Assembly: GCA_030704615.1 (NCBI GenBank)
Contig: CM060731.1
Span: 76,136,001 to 76,200,000, forward strand
From: Takakia lepidozioides
Lineage: Eukaryota > Plantae > Bryophyta
Reading direction: 5' to 3'
DNA length: 64,000 bases
Part shown: positions 49,209-62,400 of the stretch, piece after piece
How positions within the stretch are numbered: the stretch's first letter is position 1
Layout of the letters: every line of letters starts with the position of its first letter
Position numbers and translations under genes: made by a program
The notes under the pieces: generated by a model
Seen by the model: the letters and a program-made list of their open reading frames with translations, nothing else
Told to the model about the DNA's origin: nothing
The model's database searches: none

Positions 49209-52200
49209 ATTTGTTTTGCCCTTCTAAGAATTTTTCCAGTGAATTTATTTACTGCTGGCCGGAATTTTGCATCTGACCACCACTGTATAAATATCGAGAG
49301 GTGATCTGTCAGGAATCCTGACTGCCACAAAGGGCCGCAATGATGGAAACTGGGTTGCTTCTGGCAACTGTAGAACCTAGCAACTCTCTCCGCCTATTTC
49401 TTGGCACTTGTGAATGCATGGTTACTAGCTTTCAATTCATTCTATGTATTCAATTTGCCACCTTTGGAACATGTAAATGTTGATCCTCCTTCTCACTTTG
49501 GATCGTTGCAGATGTAATTAGTTGGGTCCAACTAGCATGATGCTATAGCTCGAGATAGCGAGGAGAAGCTTGCTCTTTTATCTGTCTGCCCCAAAAATGG
49601 ATTGGCTTTTTGAGGAGGGCGGGGATGATCTTGGCCTGCTTGAACAGGAAGGAAGCAGCCTCTGTATTTATGCCATAGACAAATGGACTCGTTTCTTGTT
49701 CTTGCCTCTGTCGCCCTTTGCACAGAAGGTGGTGACCAGTGCACAAGGTGATCGCATTGGTTTGACGCACTATAACGAAAATAAATCGTTGGTATTTGAC
49801 ACTCTACAAAAATCATGGATGTTTGTTCACCTTCTAGATGATACACTTTCACCATAGGAAAACCGTGGATGGTGGGAAACTGTTGTGGAGGAGTAAATAT
49901 ATAATTCATAATTCCTTAGAGGTTGTTGATTCTCTCACCTTTAACAACTTTAAACTTCTAAACCTTCTAGAATGTATAGAAACATTTGATAGATAAGGTA
50001 GAAGAACCCCGGGTCATTGTTCTTTGAGTTTTGGTCGTTTGATAAAATGTGTAGGTAAAACTACTGTCATGATTGGTTACAGGGCCCACCCCTCAAAAGG
50101 GGGCAGTAGCCGTAAGGGGAAGTGGCTCTTAGTTCCGTGGGCTAGGGCTGGAGTCCTCTCTCTCTCTCATGATTGATGGTTGAAAATCAACTCGTTATTT
50201 CTATGCAGAATTATTGTGATGAGACCACATTGCAATATTAGCCTCCCAAAAAAATAAAAAAATAAAAAATCAGTGTGCCTCATGGTGTAACTCCGGGGGA
50301 TTTAATTTTTTCCCCCAAAAATAAACTTAATAAAATTTATCCAGGACACTGTCCCCTGTCTATAAATTATGTAATAGTAATAATAATAGCAGTGATGACT
50401 AGTAACAGGTAGTAATGATGATCGCTCTTAATTAGCGGACTTGCTTTAACCACAATAGATAGGAATTTAGTGTTTGAGAAAATTCTGAGAGAACTTTGTG
50501 GTTGTGAAGAGAACTGAAGATTTGAGTGTTTCTTTATGGTATTGGCGAACAATGAAACGATGATTTGATCATGACATTTTCTTCTGATTATGTCCAAATC
50601 AAGAAGCTTTATGGTCACAATTTCCATACATGGAACATTAAGATGAAGTTTATTATCTATGAGAAAGCATATTGGTGTGATGGTGGTGAGAAGTCACATT
50701 TCCAAACATTTTAATCAACTACGCAAAGAGAATGACATTGTGAAATGAACAACCATACTATATTTGTCGGAGTAGAATGTGAGGAAAAAATTGAACATGT
50801 GTTGAAATTATGAGATGTATGTTGGAGCACACAAAATTGGAGCACAGTTTCTAGGTTATAGCAATGGCAATTGTAGCATATATCCAAAATTGAGTTCTTA
50901 CTAGGGCAATTTTTCAGTCTACATTACACTACATTTCATTGGGCAATGTTCCAAAATTACATTACAAGTATGATCAAAGTAAGACCCGAGTGGATCCAAC
51001 AATTTTGAAATGGGGTCCTAACGGGACACGATATCCGGGCCGATGAGTAAGCAAGAGGTAGAAGACAGTTTTTGGTCCCTATACACTCAACCCGTGTGGT
51101 ACAAGAAATGATGGCAGCAATAGCAGGACCTTCTTCTATACATGACAAACACTCATCCAACTTCAAGAATCATGCAGTGTTGTGCACCATCATGTGTTGC
51201 AGGATTTCTTACGTCTCTTTCCTTAGATTGGATTTTCCAAGGACGTATCATCTTATCTCAGCCCTCATCCCGCCCCCGAACGCCACCAAATAGAGATGCC
51301 TCCTTTGCAGTTTCTAGTGAATTTATTTACTATTGGCTGGAGTCATATCAGATCAAACAAATTTGTGTTGTTTGTCATGGGAACGCGCTGTCATGTGCTT
51401 GGAAGTTGGGTAGACCATGGAGTATTTGCAGAAACTGGGTTGTTTCTGACAACTGTAGAGCCGAGCGATTCTTGAGTTGGGTAGGCCTATTTCTTCGGAA
51501 CTACAGAATGTATGGCAACTCCATTTTAATTCATGTCTGCATTCAATTTTCAGTGTTTTGTATGTTTGACCCTCATTCTCACTTAATTTGGATTTTTTGA
51601 GATATAATTAATAGCCTAGAACAAGCATAATGATATGTTTTCTCTCGATTTGATTCATGGTCATGTTGCTAAAACATACGTTTTTTGCGCTTTCAACTAT
51701 GGTAAATTCTCTAACTTTCTTGTGCCTGTTAAATGTGGAAGGATGTACTACCTTTTGACTATTTACCAATTAGATCGTTGTTGGTGAGCATGTGTAAGAG
51801 TAGACCAATCTGTCACGAGTTGTTGACGACTTCGAGGAATATGGACAGATGGCTAGGACCACACCTTAGTGACCCTCCCCAAAATATCAAAACTCGCACT
51901 TTGATGGCAGCAAAATACGTGAATATCAAGACTTTTGGAACCTGGAAGCCAAGTGGGAGCTCTGTGATCTGCCCCAATCAAAGATGTGAGTGGTTTCAGG
52001 TCATTCGTAGCAACTTTTAAGTGCGATGAGCTACTTCAACATTTGGGATGTTGAGAGACAACACTAAATGTTTCCACTCCCTGAGTGTTCTACTGTAATT
52101 GATGCCTTGAAATGCCTTCAGAAGGTGAGGTATTCTGAGTGCAGTTATTATGTAATGTCTTTGTCTTTATTCAACCATATATAGTTGAAGGAGTGGTAGA

Positions 52201-55200
52201 TGGCCCACTTGTAGAGGATAATGGACGTATCTTCTTCTGTGGTTGAAGAGCTGCTTCTGTTCTTTTCTTATTGATGGGATTGAGGGGGTGTCTATAGGGT
52301 GATCCACAAAAGTTTGGACTAATGTGTCATTGGGATGGATTTTTATCTGCGAAGACGAGGTTGAAGGACTGTTGGACCGTTGACATGGTTGTCTTGAACA
52401 CCGGAAATGGTGACTACCTTGGTCCCTATCCCTATCTTGTTCATACCCTCAAGTCCTAATAAGTTGATTAAGCAAGTAACCCCGAGCATTTCTGATAACA
52501 TTTCTTAACGCCATTCATTCATGAGTTTGAAAATGCTTTCATTTACAGGTTTCTAGTCAAATATGCATCCCCCGTTCTACTCAGTAATGGACACCTCCCT
52601 ACTCTACCGGTCAAAGAGACAATCATAGTATGAGCTATGCTTAGATGTGGACAGGAGACCATCCTGCCCACTGCAAGGTTCGAGCTATGAAAGATGAGAG
52701 ATACTCTTGTTGTAGACACTACCATCTGGCTTCACGATGGCAGGGCAGAACAACCACCACTGGTAGAGGTCCAAATGGTTTGGCGTAGCCTCATGAGTTT
52801 CTCAGTGTCAAAACCTTCAAAGTTGGTGAATTAAGGCTAAGGCGCCTCATGACTTTTTAAGTTGGTGAACTGACATAGAGAGATTAGTCCCCTCGGATGA
52901 AAGCAAGCTACGGTGGTTCAAAAAAGTCCACAGGGTGGCCTATACAAGAAATCCCAAGGTTTTTTACAATTTTGATTTGATGATCATGAAAAAATTATAG
53001 TCACTAGATTCATCCATGCTGAAAGATATACACCATCTAAAGTTGACAGTAACATACATTATTTTTATTTTCCTATTTTACTTCCTATATTTTATATTTT
53101 CACTATATCGCATAGTGGGACTCAAGCTACTCTTCATCTACATGAAATGTACCTTTTAGTGAAGCAAGTCCATTATCAATGCATTCAAGTACTTTGGCAA
53201 AAATCAGTTTTTCGAGGCTCACAATAATACATAGAAGTAAAAAATTTCACTTTTTTGATGTTGTCTACATGACTTTAGTATCTTTAGGAGTAGAGCAATA
53301 CTAATATGAGTCCCTTTTATCATATTTGTTTTCTATAGTGAGTGCATAAAGTCCATAACACATTTTTTATGGATTGTGATTCTGTCGTATGCAATTTTTT
53401 TAAAGTCCATTACTTCGACAAATCAATGTAATTTCTTTGTGAGAATTTAAAGATTAGAGCTTGTAGTAGTTGGAAACATAAGAGTGAGTCCCATTTCATC
53501 ATTGTAATAAAAATTTGTCTCTAAGCTCCAGTTGAATCAAACTATGTCCTATAAAACATGTGTTGTGATACAAAAATATAGTCACCGTAGTCTATTTTCA
53601 CCCCCTCACCCTTTGGTAGTCCCTCTATCTCTCCAACAAATGATAAAGAATAGAGAATAATATTTGAGCGGCTCACTTCTATAGCAGGATTGTCACACAA
53701 ATGTCATTTATACAAAAGGTCAATTTGTTGTGCGCAGTACAATTAGACCACAACAAGGTGAGTGATGTTCAGAATTGATGAACTGAGGTACAAGGTCGAC
53801 AAGTGGATCCCCCACCTACCCCGGTTTTTTTGTCACCACAGGGATGACGTTGGAAATGACTACTATATTGTTCCTTGTCTGATGCTTCGGCAAACAGACT
53901 ACTCAAAGTTGGTGGAGGCCGACAAGCAAGCTTCTTTCTAAATCTTTTTATTCAACTTGCAGTCTTTCCCGATGAGCGGCTGTTTCTTCCATGTACACAC
54001 TGATGCAGATAGAGCAGACTTGTAGATTATATCATATTGTAGGCAAGCTTCTCCGGAATTACAACTCAAAAGTTTACAGAGAGAGGTCAGGGATATTTTG
54101 CTTGCGTAAATACCCCGGGGGGTGTAGTCTTCATAAAATTAACATATAACATGTGTTCATCATCCAATTAAAAATACTCATATACATAGATTATTTCTCA
54201 GATTTATCATATGTATACATATATTTTTAAATAATAAAAATCCCTAGAGTAACTATATAAAATAGTATTATTAGATAATTCTTTTTTATATGTATTCAAG
54301 TGCAGGAAGAAAATGTAAAGTGCCCTTAAGAAGTGCAACCAAAAAAAAAAAGTTGTTGCGATGAACATCATGCCTACAAACCCTTATATCACATTAGGTA
54401 CCAATTACCACTCTATTGCACCACTGGCATTTTGTAGTATCCGGTTAGATGCATAATCAACGGATATGAAAATATGAAAAGAAAATTCTATACTCGATGT
54501 AATACCCGTCCAATACTTGGTGGATATCAGCCCTAAAACTTAATAACCGGATGCATACCCGGATCTGCTGTTTGTCATGTTGGTAATATCTGGAAGCGGC
54601 GGATATCTGAAACCAGGGGGTTGGTATCTTGTGAGCACATTGATGTGAACATTGCTCATGTGTCAAGCACAACTCACAATCATGTGAGTTTTATGTTTTT
54701 AAACCTTGATCACAGGAGTTATACGTTTTCAAAACGGAATAAAACCATAAGTGGGTATAGAGGACTGGTGCATTTGTACGATACATCTCTGCCAATTCAG
54801 CGAGATGAAACTTTCAGTAGTGTAGCCAGAAACCCTAAACCTATAGCGGTGGCAAATTTCGCATTGAGAAATAATATATAATATGGGCACAAACCTAAGC
54901 GGTGGTGGGTTTCGCATTGAGAAACCCTTAGTGGTATAGCTTGAGTCGAAACTTTCTATACGAAATCCCATCACCCAACAATCCCACATCCAAAATGAAT
55001 GGGTAGGGACTTTAAAAGTGACCTATTCATCATTTCAGCTACACTGTGATTTCTTCTCCGGCTGGTCGGTACAGAGTTTCGCTGTGCGAAATTACCTACA
55101 TGCGAGGACCTTAAATTTGAGGTTAAGCCTCACCGCCCACTCTTGCGGATGGTACGGAGAGAAAAAGCCACGTTTATAGGGTAGCATGTTCATAAGGTAT

Positions 55201-55797
55201 AGGGGCTACTTGTTCTTTGTGTGCTAGTTTCGCATAATTGTTAATTTCACCAATTTCATTTCGCTGCTGTGGAAATTTCACGGAAATTCGGGGAAATTGC
55301 CCTTGTGCTCACGTGAGCATGCTACCCAACCTCCTAAAACAAAAGTTTTTAATATCCAAAACTGGCATATATGGAAAAACAAATCCCTAAAATATTTTTA
55401 TTTGATTTCCTTAATACCATCACTTCATGTATGTTATATAGCGGCAATTAAAAATACCCTCGGTGGTTGGTATAGGATTGGTCAGTGCGTCATACTCAAT
55501 TTTGCATGTAGTGCAGTATCTCAAATTTATTTACGTGGACTTGTTACAAGCGTGAGGATCAAGCCGTTGGCATATTATACTTACAACAGAGGACTAATTA
55601 TATTATTATTATTATTAAATATCATTACAACAGAGGACCAATTCGAAGCCGATCGACTCATCTCCGGAATGAGGACTCGACTCCAAGTTTTGTCTTTTCT
55701 CTAGAGATGCTCCGGTACGCTCGATAACTGAGCAAGTGTGTGGATGAGGAATACGTATAAGGTCACTTGCTCAGGTTGATATGACAGAATAGGGAAG

Positions 55798-58774
55798 ATG
55801 GAGAAGATTATGGTCGCTCTAGTTGTAATGATTACAACCATGTTTACGACCACACCGCTTTGTCTGCGGATTGATGCAGCGTCGAGTCCTGACTTGGAAC
55901 CCATATCTAAAATTGAGGCTAAATCTCACAAGAAAGCTAGGGCAGGTGCATACTTTGTATTTGGGGACTCCTTGCTGGATGCAGGGGAGAACAACTACTT
56001 GGGGCCGTCTTCACCGAAAGCCAACTTCCCCCCATACGGAGAGACCCACTTTCACAAGCCTACAGGCCGCTGGACAAATGGTCGCAACATTGGCGACTTT
56101 ATCGGTAACAGATCAAACCTGGGTCTTATTAGCTACTAGTAGGCACGACATGTATGTACTCGTTCTTGTTCACTTACCCTCTGTGCAGTTCCACGGTCAA
56201 GAAGTCCATCAGTCTGTCACTGAGATCTTCAGTCGTGAACTAGCAGAAGGTCCAATCGTCGGGTGAGCTTGATTCTCGAAAAGTGGAGTGCATATCCAGC
56301 CAGGGCTGATCAGATCACTATCGTCTGTCAACTTTCGGGTTACTGACTAAATTATGTGCGGTGGAATTCACATGTTGACAGCGCACCAATTGGGACTGCC
56401 CTATGCGCCCCCATATTCGCAACCGGGTGCCAGCTTCCGCAAGGGAGTGAATTTTGCATCTGCTGGAAGTGGGCTTCTAGACACTACAAGCCCCAATACG
56501 GTAAGATGATTCCATTTAATATGATTGAGCAGCACTCATGTGTGTGTACTACTCTCAGTACTTCATAGCTTTACCCAAGCTACGTATCAGTCGGCCATGA
56601 TCTCCGATGGTCTCAAGGCTCGCGAGGCGCATCTGTCAAAATGCGACAGGATTCTCGGATTTCTATAAGCTGGACATGAAGCAACTCGTGCGGACTTTGA
56701 AGTACAGGCCGTAATTTAGCTCTTGACTGTAAACTATACAGACCGCGTTGTGCTGTGCCTTTAGAAACAGGGTGGAAAACATGCAACCAAGGGCCTCCGC
56801 TTGTCATCCGGGATTGATACCTCAAATGAATGAAAGAGATTATCACAAACAATCAATGTGCCAATGCTACCGAGACTAGAGTACCCTTGAACCCTGGGCA
56901 TGCGCAAGCTTGAGCGTCTCAATCATCCAGTCTTCCGACATTTGCACCAATTGGCCCACAGCTTCAAATCTAGGTCGTTAAAACATTTGTTCGACCAGAT
57001 ATGCTTTCTTTCAAGTGAGTGGGTAGACTGTTATGAGACTGTTATAAGGTGTTTTTATTGGGCCATTTGCCTGTGGCTCTGTAGATGTAAGAGAGTGACC
57101 AGCGGTTCAATCCTCATCGTGAGGTCTTATGCTTGGAACCATTGCAGAAGTCATGGAGCCGATTTTACTTCATCAGCTGTAATCTGCTGAAATAACTCAT
57201 ACTTACCTTTGGACAGGGTCTCCATCAGTAAGTCACCTGGCAAGTCTGTGATTGATATATCACAACTGCACGACTGTCCCTAACGGTTTCTAATAACAAA
57301 TTGAGGAACGGCAGAGAATGCTTATTGTAAATCATCCAGCTATCATCCAGTCTTCCGACATTTGCACCAATTGGCCCACAGCTTCAAATCTTGCTCTTCA
57401 TCAGCTGTAATCTGCTGAAAAACTCTAATACTTACCTTTGGACAGGGTCCCATCAACAAGTCACCTGGCAAGTCTGTGGTTGATATATCACGACTGTCCC
57501 TGACGGTTTCTAATAACAAGTTGAGGAACGGCAGAGAATGCTTATTTTGTTACTTTTTTAGACTGCTCAATCTAGGTCTGGTTTCATTGCTTGCAGACAA
57601 ATCCCATGAGCCTGCAATTAGCCCAGTTCAAGAATGCAACTGCCATTCTGAAATTGGAGCTGGGAGCACATGCTGCTCATCATGTCATGACTAAAGCATT
57701 TTATCTTATACAAAGCGGTTCTAATGATCTTACTCGCTACCTTCAAAGTCCGGATCTCCAGAAGCAGTACACTCCGAATCAATACATCGCCTTAATTGTG
57801 GAGGCACAACAACGGATTCTCTCGGTAAGTTTGTGGATTGTTGATTTTGTTACCAAGACCAATTGCGATCGGTCACCTGTTGCACGAGCATGTTCACCGC
57901 ATTGTCACAAATCACACCTGTACCCGCATGTGAAGTCGTGACATCTCGTCTCTGGGAAGTTCGTTTTCAAAAGCTCACACAGGAAGGACTAGCTTAAATG
58001 TTGAGAGCACTGTCTGAATGATTAGATTTCTAGCATCATCACATGGTCAATCTCCTCAAGTATTAGCCTTACTGCCTGCAAACGCGCTGCACACGTGATA
58101 ATCTCCCCATAATCTCATACAAAACTGCACAACAATTGGAATCCATGGCAGACGTTATACCAAGCAGGGGCACGCAAGGTGGTGGTGTTCGGCATTCCTC
58201 CGATGGGCTGCACACCCTTTGCCCGTTTCTCCAATTCGGCACAGCCTGGACAGTGCCTTTCGGTTGGGAATGAGTTCGCTGTAGAAACCAACGTGGGGTA
58301 CAAGAGCGTAGTCGATGCCGTCCGCTCGAAACTTCCAGGATTCCATGCAGTGTATACGGAAACCTTGAGCCCAGCGATGGCTATCATCAACAACGGCCCC
58401 GCCCACGGTACTATTCCATGATCCTTGTCACCACTCCTTGGAAGGAAAAACAGACCATCACCTCAGTTCACCATGGAATTTTCCATGACCATACTCAAAG
58501 ATGGTGGTATCCTTTGGGTGCAGGGTTGAAGAATGTGAGTGCTGCCTGCTGTGGAGCTGGTCCTCTGCAAGCGGAAGTTCGCTGTGGATTGCCATTGCCT
58601 GCTCATCTCACCCTCTCGGTCTGCGACAGGCCAGATGAGTACTTCTTCTGGGACACTCGGCATCCCACTGAAATAGGTCACCGCATGCTATTCGAACTCT
58701 TTTGGGATGGCAACTCCTCCATTAGCTACCCCATCAATGGGAGGACCTTGTCCAGACTTGGAAGGACAGTCTAA
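55798..58774 (+). CDS. GDSL esterase/lipase with signal peptide (exons 55798-56104, 56382-56500, 57597-57824, 58152-58407, 58524-58774)
   Basis: FVFGDSLLDAG; PTGRWTNGR; GVNFASAGSG; GSND; GARKVVV..IPPMGCTP; ACCG; FFWDTRHPTE. Confidence 0.95.
56922..57545. repeat. Imperfect tandem duplication inside GDSL intron 2
   Basis: atcatccagtcttccgacatttgcaccaattggcccacagcttcaaatc at 56922 and 57342; cttcatcagctgtaatctgctgaaa...gaggaacggcagagaatgcttatt also repeated; second copy lacks about 200 bp. Confidence 0.85.
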
Positions 58775-59099
58775 TCATGTGGCTTTCTGGGTCACAACAC
58801 ACTGACAAGCAGTGACAGTGCCCAGATATTATGTCAGGGAAGTTACGGTGACCACTAGCGGTCACTCCTTGTATTTAATTGCTACTGCTTGCAACAAAAA
58901 GGGTGCGTTCGTGTTACACAAACCAATGTGCCTTCTCATGCACTCTCTTCATTTTTTTTTTTTTTTAACCTGTTGCGTTAGAGGTGATGGACCCACACAC
59001 TCTTCACGACGGGAACTTTTGGGCGTTAATGCATGTTTGATTCTATCTTTGCTTTTGCCTCCTTTGCCTATCACTGAAGATATTTTCTTTGTAGTTGAA

Positions 59100-59411
59100 A
59101 TGGAAACTATACAAGAAGCAAAGGTAGAGAAGTTTGACGGCAAATTTTTTGGGATGTGGAAGTTCAAACTAGAGATGTTGCTTTATGATCGAGGTCTTTG
59201 GAGAGTTGTCCAAGGTGTAGAGAAATCTCCTGAGAAACCTGATGACTTGATTGGAGACAATGCAACGACCAAAGTTTTTTGCAGTGGGAGCGGAACGATG
59301 AACGAGCAACGACTACCATCTGTCTGCACCTCTGTGACAAGCAGTTGATCTTTGTAAAAGAAGACAAAACATCAAAGGAGGTTGGGAGTTGTTTGTGAAG
59401 AACTATGAAGG
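59100..59411 (+). mobile_element. Copia gag N-terminal fragment, cut by the DNMT-bearing element
   Basis: VEKFDGKFFGMWKFKLEMLLYDRGLWRVVQG...WERNDERATTTICLHLCDKQL. Confidence 0.8.
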
Positions 59412-62400
59412 TGTCGTGAGCATACATATCGCTACACAACTACATCGTTGTCCAAAACCACACAACACATGTGCACGCCACACACTAGTATATCACTAGT
59501 CCACCACTAGTCCAGCCACTAGGCTACAACTAGTCAGTCACTAGGCTGCCACTATGCTGCCCACTATGGCAGTCATTAGTCCACACAATGATAAAGAATA
59601 CAAGCACAAGCTCATGCGAGCTCACAAAGCTGAAGCATAAACTCCTCGAGCACCACCCACGTGTGCCATGGATGCCTGCACCCCGTGGTCCTCACATGCT
59701 CGCCCCCACTCACTGCCTGTACCGTCTCGGTAGGCTGAGAGACCATCGAGGGAAGTGTACTCCGCACTCTGCGTTGCTCAGCCATAGCCAAGCTGATAAT
59801 CCAGGTCAAGCAATTGAGATCCATTGCTTGCCCCAACACCTGACGACGTGATGCCTCAGAAAGAGACGACACCGCCGTGGTACCAGTGGTAAAACCCATT
59901 GCCCGCTCACTCTCGTCAGCATTAGGCTCCACTAACTGCTGCAACTGAGCATCCTACAGGAGGCCAGGTCCACAATCCCGGAAAGCATGTGATCATGGGA
60001 AGCTGAGCAGTGTAGGTAATGCTGCTCGTGATTGACCCACCTTGTTGACCACTGCCAAAGGCAAACGGTCATCGTGTCTCATACGCTGAGACTGCCTCCC
60101 TGTGTCCAGAATGCTATCCACTATGAGATGTGCTGGCCGCTGCACCCCATCAAATGCACGCTTGAGCAGTGTGGGTGGCATCAAATTAGTCCACCATAGC
60201 CGTGGACGATGAGCCCGTGACCCCATTGTAGCTGCATCTAACAACACTGCTGACCCAAGCCACGACCGAACTTGATGCACACTGGCCATCATCCTGGCCC
60301 GAGAATCGCCGATCAGTGGCATATTCTCCAAGATATATGCTGGAGATACAACTTGATGAAACTGCAAGTGACGCAAAACCCGCACCATCTCCCAAAACAG
60401 ACCCGACCTCGAGTCTCGCAATCCATTGCCATGCTCGGCTGATGAATACCCTTAGCAGGGCTAACCTGCCATTACCAGATCAATGGAGCCAACCCGCTCC
60501 AAATCCTGCGCCCCCAGCAACGAAATGTCTAATGGCAATGCCAGCTAATATCCACAAACTGCAGCCACCGGCAATAACTCAGGGTACCGCTGCACTAACT
60601 AAGCAACACGGCGAAGTGAAACGCGTCGTGTAGTCTCATCCCTCTCCACATGCAGGTAACGCCAAACTCGTGCACCTGCCTGTAACACAGCAGCCAATCT
60701 AGTGCTGATCCCGCCAAACAAGTCCAGAAGACAAATGCCTTCATCCGGATACTGCCACACAATAGGTGTGGTGTCCAATGGAGACAACTGAGGTGGTCCT
60801 GGTGCAATCCCCGCACTCTCCTCCTCTCCTGATGGTACAAAAGCCTCCACTCAGGCTTGTTGCACCCGTCGATCAGCAACCCGTCGCAAATCCTTGCTCG
60901 TGCCCCACAATGGAGTCTGAGCAACCATGACAGACAACTCCGCCATATCATACATGTTATCATGTTTTCCTGGAGGTATGTCATCCTCTGAATGAGCGTT
61001 TCCCTCAAGCAACTCTCCAGGCCAAGTCACTACAGCTGTGAATGCTGCTAGTGTCGGCATCTTGCCCCGCTGGGCAACTGCAACTCCTCCTATAAACGTC
61101 ACAGGGAGCTGTACACGCCGGCACTCCCCTGACTGCCATCCAGGCCTATAGGAAGCTGACTCCTCCCAAAAATCTAGGGTGAAGCCCATGGGGTACAACA
61201 TTGCCCCACCAACCAGGACATCGTACGAGACCGCGTCTGTCACAATGGCCTTGGCTCACATCACTGAGCCATCTGTAGGGTGATCCAGCCGTAGTCTGAT
61301 AGCCAACTCACACCGTGTCATGCCCCGAGCCTGCTCCGATCCTCTCAGAGACGTCTGTATCTGGAAAGGACAAGGCTCCATATCCGTCTCTATGAGGCCC
61401 AAGCCTGCAATAGCAGCTCTGCCTAGCATCAATGGCTGAGCTCCTGAGTCCAACAAGACCCGCAGTGGCCGGTACCTCTTGCCTACCGGTCCACTCAAAC
61501 AAAAAATGCCATCCTGGTTGTCTAACATGACAACTCCAAGTGTCACCATGGCGCACTCAATGGCTGGCCTAGCTGACAGCTCCATGAACCTTGCAGCTGC
61601 AGCTTGCCATGGCGCCGCCGTGGCAGTCTTGACCCTCAAATCCGAGGATCCCTCAGGCACTACACCTCCCACTATCTCCGCAGAAGATGAAGTAACCTCC
61701 CCACTCTCACAGAGTGTAGCTGCCAGCTTGAACACCTCAGCTAGTCTTACTCCCCGGCGTCGCAATCATGGTAACCGAGAACAATGGAGCCTGACACACA
61801 GATGCGGCCGCTCCCAGCAGCATACTAGCTGCCGTAGCCTTGGCAACACTAGATAGTGGTGCTACCCGTGTAGCTCTCCCCAATGGCGTAGTAACCTCCG
61901 TCTCGGTAACAGTCGGGCGAGAACTAGGTGCCATGGATGGCGTCGACACTGTCTCCGCCAATGTGAATGACTGAGGGAGCCTAGCCTGACGGCTTGCCTC
62001 CCCACGCTGTGGATCCAACTCCACCTCTGCACCTCGTGGCTCAGGAACTCGTGCTGCTCCTCGAGTCACAGCTGCAGCAGACTCCACCTGCACTAGTGGT
62101 AGTGCTGCTCCGCACATGAATCCCATGCCTCCCATATCTCCTCCCTCAGGAGCACGAGGTGGACCATCCGGCCTTGGAGCCGGTACCACCTGAGGTGTAG
62201 CCATGGCAGCGAGCCTCTGCTCTAGCTGCTGAAGCCGGTTGGCCATGCCTTGGTCAACACCCTGACCTCCGCGTCCTTGGCCATGTTGAGCTTGCCCTTG
62301 GCCTACACCCCGTGCCTGGCCACCTCGTCCTCTTTGGGCTGCTCCCCCTCGCCCCCGGCCACCATTGTTCCCTTGGAACTGGCCTGGGCGCAACTCGGGA

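Noticed and set aside
49570-49857. Possible F-box/kelch-like gene fragment; similar hint at 50957-51166
   Set aside because: No diagnostic motif that I can support by eye
52900-54620. AT-rich and GGATAT-rich patches suggesting old DNA-transposon remnants
   Set aside because: No paired termini, TSD or coding motif identifiable
35333-58774. Biosynthetic gene cluster (OMT plus GDSL)
   Set aside because: Separated by about 19 kb of housekeeping genes; no scaffold-forming enzyme present
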